From: a virus
Taxonomy: Duplodnaviria; Caudoviricetes
IMG/VR virus record: IMGVR_UViG_3300046167_000724
DNA: 64,000 bases
Direction: 5' to 3' (one strand)
Every line of letters begins with the position of its first letter. The stretch's first letter is position 1. The notes under the pieces were generated by a model, which did not search any database, was not told the DNA's origin, and worked only from the letters and a program-made list of their open reading frames with translations. Below, piece by piece: positions 57,372-64,000 of this stretch. A program made the position numbers and the translations under genes.

Positions 57372-59540
57372 ATGGCACAATCGTCAAAATATGCAAGATT
57401 AGACCAAGACGTTTTACTAGAGTTTATCTATCATGATCAAACTGTAGCAACGCTACCTAATTATCAAATTGAAATTGATGATAATGGGTCACATCCACTT
57501 GCTTTAAATACAACTGCGAGTGCGTCTGACAGTAGACATCTTATTCATGAATTAGGTGCAGCTGTAGTTAATTTTGATGTAACTGAAAGTGGTGCTTATG
57601 TTTTAATTGAAAACTTTGCCGCAAGAACTTTAACACTTGCAAACGGTAAGACTTATAAATTTAATGTTTCAGCGCTTACAACACCTGGTGACTTTATTAT
57701 TAAAGATGCTACAGGAAATCAACTAGGTACATTAGTTTCTACAACATATACAATAACACCAACTACAAACGGTCAATATACTTATGAGTATTCTGATTTA
57801 ATCGGTGGTAAAATAACTGTTCAAAATACAGCTAATCCTTTATATGCTACTGCAGATGAAGAAACGGGTAATGATATTAAGACGGGTGCTGGGTCACCTG
57901 GTAGATATCAAGCTGTTTTAATTGACGCTGAACAAGGTTCAAAATATGCACTTTTAGATTCAACTAATAATTACATTGATAATAAAGTAGATTGGACGGG
58001 TTCAACTTCAACAACAATTGATCAAGCAGATGCTGCTGATATTTCATTAGGTACTATAACTTACGATACTGTTAGATTACATTTAAAATCTGGTTACGAT
58101 TTTTCATCTAGAGGTTATGATGGCTTCTTATTTCAAGTTGCAGCTTCTAGAGTTTCTGGAGTTAAAAACTATTTAACATCAATAGTATACTTAAATACTT
58201 CATCATTTGAAATACAAAACTCAAAGCCTTTTATTTTAGGTGAGACGATGTATTCGAAATTTATTGAGATTAAAGTTCCAGCACTTGCTAATATGGATCC
58301 AGACTTTGATAACTGGTTCTTTGGTACAGGTTCAGATGCTGTAAATCCTTTGTCAAATTATGAAGTTTCATTTAAACTAATTAGTGATACGCAAGTTGAT
58401 TCAGGGTTTGAATATATTAATACGGCAGAAGAAGTTCAGATTACAGTTCCACGTGAGGATGAATATCAAGATATCGCAGCTGTTATTGAAGAGGCACCTG
58501 ATGGTGACTTCTTTAATCTATTTGCAACTAAAGATGGTTCAATAGTTTCCTTCGATACTTATATAACAAATAGACTACAAACATCAAGTGATGATATTAC
58601 AGTATTTTATGACATTGTTGTCTATGAACAAATTCAAACGTTCTTTAATAAGTCTTATGAAATGTCAATGTCAAAAAATAGTAATTTTGACCAAGCAATT
58701 CCATTTAGACCAGTCATTACAAATTCAGCAACAGCAACTGCATACAATATTGACTTATCTATTAGAATATACAATGAGACCAATAATACTCAAATTGTTA
58801 AGAAGGCGTCATATACATCATACAATGTTGGAAAGTATGGTAAGCGTTTAAGAAATATTAATCTACCTGCAAGTAATCAAATACTTAAGGTTTATAATAC
58901 GTTACCTAATGTACTAGAGAATAATCAGATTATTCAAAACATGTCAACACTTCCAAATAACCAAACTAGATTTGTACCTTCATTTATTGAAAGAACAAAT
59001 ATTGTTACAGGTTCAACTAGTGTAACTATTGTTGATAATGAAGCTGTTGATAATTCTGAAATAACGTTCTTTGCAGATGGTGAAAGCAGTTTAACACTAT
59101 CACCATTTGATAATTATCTTAAATTTAAGATTGCCAAAAAAGATGGTGATGATTATTTAAACATTGGTTTAGAATCAGTTCAACGTGTATTATTAAACTT
59201 TGGTAATATTCAAATTGAAAACTCACTTAACTATGCTAACATTGAATTAGCTGAAGGTGAAATTATGTTTAGAATTGATGAAAGTGCAATGAATTCAATT
59301 GTAAAAGAAGATGACAGGGTTTATATGTTGTCTATTTATAACGGCACTGATAAAACGCTTATACACCATGGTACATATGATATCATAGGTAATAATACTA
59401 TTAAGGTAATAAAAAGAATAGTAACTGAAATCGCAGATAATAGTATAACTACAGTGGTTGAAAATAAGCAAGCAACTGGAAGTTCTAGATCTAATTTAAA
59501 AAGTGGTTTAGGTAGAGTAAATACTGTTGGACCTAGATAA
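57372..59540 (+). CDS. Virion structural protein
   Basis: Long beta-rich ORF in the structural cluster. Confidence 0.55.
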   Translation: MAQSSKYARLDQDVLLEFIYHDQTVATLPNYQIEIDDNGSHPLALNTTASASDSRHLIHELGAAVVNFDVTESGAYVLIENFAARTLTLANGKTYKFNVSALTTPGDFIIKDATGNQLGTLVSTTYTITPTTNGQYTYEYSDLIGGKITVQNTANPLYATADEETGNDIKTGAGSPGRYQAVLIDAEQGSKYALLDSTNNYIDNKVDWTGSTSTTIDQADAADISLGTITYDTVRLHLKSGYDFSSRGYDGFLFQVAASRVSGVKNYLTSIVYLNTSSFEIQNSKPFILGETMYSKFIEIKVPALANMDPDFDNWFFGTGSDAVNPLSNYEVSFKLISDTQVDSGFEYINTAEEVQITVPREDEYQDIAAVIEEAPDGDFFNLFATKDGSIVSFDTYITNRLQTSSDDITVFYDIVVYEQIQTFFNKSYEMSMSKNSNFDQAIPFRPVITNSATATAYNIDLSIRIYNETNNTQIVKKASYTSYNVGKYGKRLRNINLPASNQILKVYNTLPNVLENNQIIQNMSTLPNNQTRFVPSFIERTNIVTGSTSVTIVDNEAVDNSEITFFADGESSLTLSPFDNYLKFKIAKKDGDDYLNIGLESVQRVLLNFGNIQIENSLNYANIELAEGEIMFRIDESAMNSIVKEDDRVYMLSIYNGTDKTLIHHGTYDIIGNNTIKVIKRIVTEIADNSITTVVENKQATGSSRSNLKSGLGRVNTVGPR

Positions 59541-59550
59541 TTAAATTGAT

Positions 59551-60102
59551 ATGATACTAAACAGTAGAAGTAATTTATTTAATTTTAAGTTTCCTAAGAA
59601 TTTTATACCTAAAGAGGTTGCTGACAAATATAGACCATACCTTAATAGAATGCCGGGTAACATTATTGAAGAACCTATAGATTTTATTAACTATACGATT
59701 CAAGGAATTAATATACCAGGTGTTTCTTTTACACCATCTGAACAAAATTTTAATGATGGTACAACTAAATTTACTAGAGGTTATATACCAATACAAAATT
59801 TAGTTAATAGAGAATTAACAATTAAAATGCAGTTACTCGATGGCTTTATAAATTATTGGATTTTAACAGACACTTTACTATATCATTATAATAAAGATAA
59901 TACTAAACCTTTTGTTGATGATTTAAAATTACAATTGTTAGATGCTGAGGGGATTCACGTAATGTCCGTTGTTTTTGAAAAACCAATTATGAATTCTATT
60001 TCAGAACTTGATTTAAACATGGCTGAAAACGTAGCAGACTTTTCAACAATTGATATTTCTTTCTTTTATAATAAGTTCAATCTGATAAATGAAATAGACT
60101 GA
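59551..60102 (+). CDS. Tail completion/tube-fold protein (gp3-like)
   Basis: TIQGINIPGVSF ... LTIKMQLLDGFINYW; near the replication genes, as gp3 is in T4-like phages. Confidence 0.55.
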   Translation: MILNSRSNLFNFKFPKNFIPKEVADKYRPYLNRMPGNIIEEPIDFINYTIQGINIPGVSFTPSEQNFNDGTTKFTRGYIPIQNLVNRELTIKMQLLDGFINYWILTDTLLYHYNKDNTKPFVDDLKLQLLDAEGIHVMSVVFEKPIMNSISELDLNMAENVADFSTIDISFFYNKFNLINEID

Positions 60103-60112
60103 TATATACAAT

Positions 60113-60481
60113 ATGAAAACATTTTTAACATACTTAGAAGAGCAAAATGTCACAGAGGCTGATATCAATGCTATTAACGAATCTTTAAATCAAGAGTGGA
60201 CACCAGAGCTTGAAGAAAGAATTGATGAAGCTGTTGATGCTTTTTTAATAGAGTATACAAATGCAGACGGTACTTACAATATTGATAAACTTAACAATGA
60301 AATTACTAATGAAGGATTATTAGGTTCTATTATTGGTGGTCTTACAGGTTTTGCTTTAGGAAAATCAGTTGGTAAAATTGTAGCTAAAGTACTGGGTATT
60401 GAAAAAGGTGTGTTCTATGATTTATTAACTTCTAGATTAGTAGGTGCTGCGTTGGGTGCTTCACTAGGTAAAAAACTTTAA
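60113..60481 (+). CDS. Putative internal head protein with glycine-zipper membrane helices
   Basis: MKTFLTYLEEQ; NE-GLLGSIIGGLTGFALGKSVG...GAALGASLG; late motif at 60101. Confidence 0.55.
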   Translation: MKTFLTYLEEQNVTEADINAINESLNQEWTPELEERIDEAVDAFLIEYTNADGTYNIDKLNNEITNEGLLGSIIGGLTGFALGKSVGKIVAKVLGIEKGVFYDLLTSRLVGAALGASLGKKL

Positions 60482-60482
60482 T

Positions 60483-61100
60483 TTGAATTTAATAGCAATC
60501 GATTATTCGATCAACTCACCAGGCATCTGTCTTTTAAAAGATGGACAGCCTTATTATATTTCTTATATTAAACCTAAATCTGGAACAAAGAAACAACAAG
60601 CTCTACAAGAGGAGATGAATCTTCTTAATGATGTTACTTTAGTAAATCAGCCCGAGCCTAATGTTGATAAGCAAGAAATGACTCGAGTCCTTAGACATCG
60701 TGCAATTGCTGAAGGTATATGTAATTTAATTGCAGAACACACAAATACAGATGAAGAGTATAAAATCTATTTTGAAGGTTCTTCTTACGGGACCTCAAGA
60801 TTCGGTACAAACTCACTTATTGATTTAGCTTCAGCATCTTCAATCTTGAAATCTTATTTGATTGATCGTTTTAATGTTACTGTACTTGAAGTTTATGCCC
60901 CTACAACAATAAAGAAACATGCTGGTAAAGGTAATATGAGTAAGATGCAAATGTGGGATGTTTACATAAATGATGAGTCTAATCGTGAGTCGGGTCTTTG
61001 GAACTTTTGTCAAGAATTCAAAGAAGATAAAAAGATTATGAAACCCTTAGATGACCTTGTTGATGCTTATTTTATCATGTCTTACGTAAGGTCACTTTAA
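60483..61100 (+). CDS. RuvC-like Holliday junction resolvase
   Basis: IAIDYS, IYFEG, APTTIKKHAGKGN, DDLVDAY. Confidence 0.75.
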   Translation: MNLIAIDYSINSPGICLLKDGQPYYISYIKPKSGTKKQQALQEEMNLLNDVTLVNQPEPNVDKQEMTRVLRHRAIAEGICNLIAEHTNTDEEYKIYFEGSSYGTSRFGTNSLIDLASASSILKSYLIDRFNVTVLEVYAPTTIKKHAGKGNMSKMQMWDVYINDESNRESGLWNFCQEFKEDKKIMKPLDDLVDAYFIMSYVRSL

Positions 61101-61241
61101 ATTGTATTTTACCCTCAGGCATAAAACCATAACTTATATGAAGGTATTGGGTGTTTTGTTTCATTTATGGTTAAAAATATTTAAAAATAATAAAGTAGTA
61201 TGTTATTATGAAACAAAAACAAATAGTTTTATATAATATGT

Positions 61242-61424
61242 ATGAAAAGAGAAGGACTAACACCAAGTCAATTAATGGAGCTAAGTAGAATTGTTGAATC
61301 AATGGTTAATCTTAATAAGATAACTAAAGAGGAGGGAAATCTATTTCTAGAAAAGGCAGGACTAACCGTACAATCAGATAATGAATGGATTGATACAGTT
61401 GGAACAGTTTATACTTTTCTATAA
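61242..61424 (+). CDS. Hypothetical protein
   Basis: Directly after the class II promoter at 61210. Confidence 0.55.
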   Translation: MKREGLTPSQLMELSRIVESMVNLNKITKEEGNLFLEKAGLTVQSDNEWIDTVGTVYTFL

Positions 61425-61530
61425 GACAAACTATTTTTGAAACCTTTTTAAAGATAGGTATATAATAGAAGTTAATTAGGTAATTAACAGGATTTAAAGT
61501 TTAACAAATTAAAGAATTATTAAAGAAAAC

Positions 61531-62448
61531 ATGGCAGATTTTGACATTTTCAATTTGAGCGTCAACGACGTTGAAACTCACAAAGCAGCAGCATCAAACA
61601 CAAATGATGTAATCTACAAACCATCGGCAGATGATGGTAAAGATGGTACTTACAAAGCACTTATTCGCTTCGTACCAAACCCAGAGAACCCACGCAAATC
61701 ATTAGTACGTAAGTATGTACATTGGTTAACCGACCCTTCAGGTTCAGGTAGACTAATTGATTCTCCAACCTCAGTTGGTGAAGCGTGTCCTATTCAAGAC
61801 GCATTCTTCCGTCTACGTAAGTCTGATTCAGCAGTTGACCGTAAGATGAGTGATAAGCTTAAGCGTCGTGAGCAGTACTACTCTTTGATTAAAATTATCA
61901 AAGACCCTCAAAACCCTTCAATGGAAGGCCAGTACATGATTTTCAAATTTGGTTATAAAATCAAAGAGAAAATCGACGAAGAACTTTCACCAGCATTTGG
62001 TGACCCAACACAAGTGTTTGACTTGTTTGAGGGTAAAAACTTCGAGTTGATTATCACGCGTCAAGGTGAGTACAACAACTACGATAAATCAAAGTTCTCA
62101 GCTTCAACTTCAGCGGTTATGATTGGTGATTCACCAGCAGAGCGTACGCCTGATTCAATGCAAGCTATCAAAACTGAACTAGATACTGCACCTTCATTGT
62201 CAGTATACGAGTACAAACCATGGGACGACGCACAACGCGATTTTGTAAACCAGGTTTTAGGTCAGTACATCTCAAATCCAGGTCGCCCAATGGCTAAGGT
62301 TTCAACACCTGCACCAAAAGCGGCAGCTCCAGCGGCAACAACTGAATCATTTGATTTAGATAATGTTAACGCAACACCTAGTGGGAGTACGGAAACTGTA
62401 AGTAGTGATGATGACCTTGACTCATTCCTAGATGGCCTCGATATCTAA
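61531..62448 (+). CDS. Single-stranded DNA-binding protein (T4 gp32-like)
   Basis: ALIRFVP, FGYKIKEKI, YNNYDKSKF, acidic tail DDDLDSFLDGLDI. Confidence 0.9.
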   Translation: MADFDIFNLSVNDVETHKAAASNTNDVIYKPSADDGKDGTYKALIRFVPNPENPRKSLVRKYVHWLTDPSGSGRLIDSPTSVGEACPIQDAFFRLRKSDSAVDRKMSDKLKRREQYYSLIKIIKDPQNPSMEGQYMIFKFGYKIKEKIDEELSPAFGDPTQVFDLFEGKNFELIITRQGEYNNYDKSKFSASTSAVMIGDSPAERTPDSMQAIKTELDTAPSLSVYEYKPWDDAQRDFVNQVLGQYISNPGRPMAKVSTPAPKAAAPAATTESFDLDNVNATPSGSTETVSSDDDLDSFLDGLDI

Positions 62449-63508
62449 TCTTACCGAGGAACTTAAGAGTAAAATTAAAAGCTTAGTAAAAGAGGTGGCT
62501 GTGCGTGAGCACGGTCACCCTTCTAAGCAAATGGTAAAAGATATGCCTGGTAGAATTACTTTGGCATGTCCTTATTGTGGTGATTCTACTAAAGATGTTC
62601 TAGCTAAAAGATGTAACCTTTATTGGGATACTCTTCAATTTCACTGTTACAATTGTAGTGAGCATGGTGACCTTAATAAATTATTAAGAGACCACGACTT
62701 ACGTTTACGTCACGGAGATGATTCAATTACTGTTATTGAATACATTAAAAACCGTAAGACTGAAGTAAAAGAGATTGAAACAATGAAGCACGGTATTTAT
62801 GTGAAAGCACATGAAGCCGCAATTTTAGTTGCAGATTTTAAAAAACATTTTGGTGCACAATCAATTGAAGTTGGTGATTTTGCCTGGTTCTATTTGAAGG
62901 GTCGGGCGCTTCACAATAAATCTGATGAATTTCTTTATTCGCCGTTTGGTCAGAATCTTTGGATTCTAAATAAAACACCTGATGGTAAAATAATGGGTTG
63001 TCAAAGTAGAAAGCTTGGTAAGTATAAATCAAGATACTTAACTTACGACATGGGTAAACTCTATGGTGAAATGAACCGCGAGTTCCCATTTGAAGGTGAT
63101 GAATTAATATCAGTTAATAAGATGTCAACACTCTTTAATATTATGAGAGTTGATATGACACGACCGGTAACTTTATTTGAAGGGCCACTTGATGCGATGT
63201 TTATGTCAAATTCAATGGCATTAGCAACAGCAGGTCGTTCAACTACAGAGCTTGATGAGATTCCGACCACCAGATACATGTTTGATAATGATGAGACTGG
63301 TAAAAAGAAGATGATTGAGAAATTAAAGAGGGGTAAATCTGTATTTATGTGGTCTAAATTCATGAAGGAAAATGGACTGAATATATATGTAGAGGACATA
63401 AAAGACTTGAATGATTTAGTTATGAAATGCTATGAACTTAAGTCTCCGGCCCTAAAAAATATAGGCAATTATTTTACAAACTCTAAATTAGATGCTTTGT
63501 ACATATGA
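62432..63508 (+). CDS. DNA primase (T4 gp61-like)
   Basis: CPYC...CYNC Zn finger; TOPRIM FEGPLDA, FDNDETG, KDLND. Confidence 0.85.
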   Translation: MASISNLTEELKSKIKSLVKEVAVREHGHPSKQMVKDMPGRITLACPYCGDSTKDVLAKRCNLYWDTLQFHCYNCSEHGDLNKLLRDHDLRLRHGDDSITVIEYIKNRKTEVKEIETMKHGIYVKAHEAAILVADFKKHFGAQSIEVGDFAWFYLKGRALHNKSDEFLYSPFGQNLWILNKTPDGKIMGCQSRKLGKYKSRYLTYDMGKLYGEMNREFPFEGDELISVNKMSTLFNIMRVDMTRPVTLFEGPLDAMFMSNSMALATAGRSTTELDEIPTTRYMFDNDETGKKKMIEKLKRGKSVFMWSKFMKENGLNIYVEDIKDLNDLVMKCYELKSPALKNIGNYFTNSKLDALYI

Positions 63509-63717
63509 TTGATTTTGAACTAATGATTGAAGAAGAATTTGATGAATTTTACGAAGAAAGTAAAAGACATAAAAATTTAAAGATGCTTATAGAATTTGAA
63601 GGACTTGATACACAATATAATAGCAAGGAGTTTAAACTTGATAAGCCAAAAATGAAAAAGAAATTAACAGCTAATAAGTGGATTCCAAAATCCAACAATA
63701 AATCCCAATTGTTTTAA
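63505..63717 (+). CDS. Hypothetical protein
   Basis: ATGA overlap with the primase gene. Confidence 0.55.
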   Translation: MIDFELMIEEEFDEFYEESKRHKNLKMLIEFEGLDTQYNSKEFKLDKPKMKKKLTANKWIPKSNNKSQLF

Positions 63718-64000
63718 TGTCAACTGAAAATAAAGTTATAAAGATAGATGCTTATTTAAACGAGCAACGCCAAGAGTGGACCCAAAAGATTCGTGAACTG
63801 GCTAAATGTTTTAAAGAGGTTGATATGTTGAATCAGGCAATGGTAGAGATTCCATCTTATAGACAGATTATTATTGAGCAGATTGCACAACTCAACATTA
63901 AGATTAAACAACAGGAGGGTAAGCTGTCAAAAACTTACAAAAACTCGTACATCAAGTATTTTGAGTACGATTATAAATTAACAGACAAACAAAAGGAATC
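63717..64000 (+). CDS. UvsY-like recombination mediator (partial, runs off the window)
   Basis: Open frame MSTENKVIKIDAYL...YIKYFEYDYKLTDKQKE; helical, in the T4-like replication cluster. Confidence 0.45.
   Translation, partial: MSTENKVIKIDAYLNEQRQEWTQKIRELAKCFKEVDMLNQAMVEIPSYRQIIIEQIAQLNIKIKQQEGKLSKTYKNSYIKYFEYDYKLTDKQKE

Noticed and set aside
2512-63399. Numerous 60-150 aa antisense or alternative-frame ORFs in the track (e.g. 2512-2784, 11403-11630, 21999-22451, 35209-35631, 54929-55324)
   Set aside because: They are shadows of well-supported genes on the other strand or frame, with no motifs or expression signals.

Overview
This is a 64-kb segment of a large lytic T4-like (contractile-tailed, probably jumbo) phage. 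The host is almost certainly Bacteroidota, likely flavobacterial: start codons lack Shine-Dalgarno sites and have A-rich leaders, ClpP and bS1 have Bacteroidota-type N-termini, and there is a Bacteroidota-style lipoprotein. Layout: (i) 1-1.7 kb, a glycosyltransferase and an envelope operon; (ii) 2.3-7.2 kb, a divergent module of small early genes flanked by two unusual non-coding regions, with almost every cassette preceded by a conserved ~77-bp element (14 copies in the window, including 16.4-20.2 kb); (iii) 8-22 kb, auxiliary metabolism and proteostasis genes (nuclease, LOG, RNase H-like, N-domain-less ClpC, dCMP-hydroxymethylase-like, ClpP, Dam-like MTase, 5'-nucleotidase, UvsE); (iv) 22-26 kb, six consecutive proteins sharing a T4-like capsid-targeting N-terminus, including a GNAT acetyltransferase and a HEXXH protease; (v) 29-60 kb, tail, baseplate and neck genes with ribosomal protein S1 and an amidoligase embedded among them; (vi) 60-64 kb, resolvase, gp32 SSB, primase and a UvsY-like gene. 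Three promoter classes can be read from the sequence. I found no tRNA, CRISPR array, integrase or transposase. All family assignments come from recalled motifs, not database searches.
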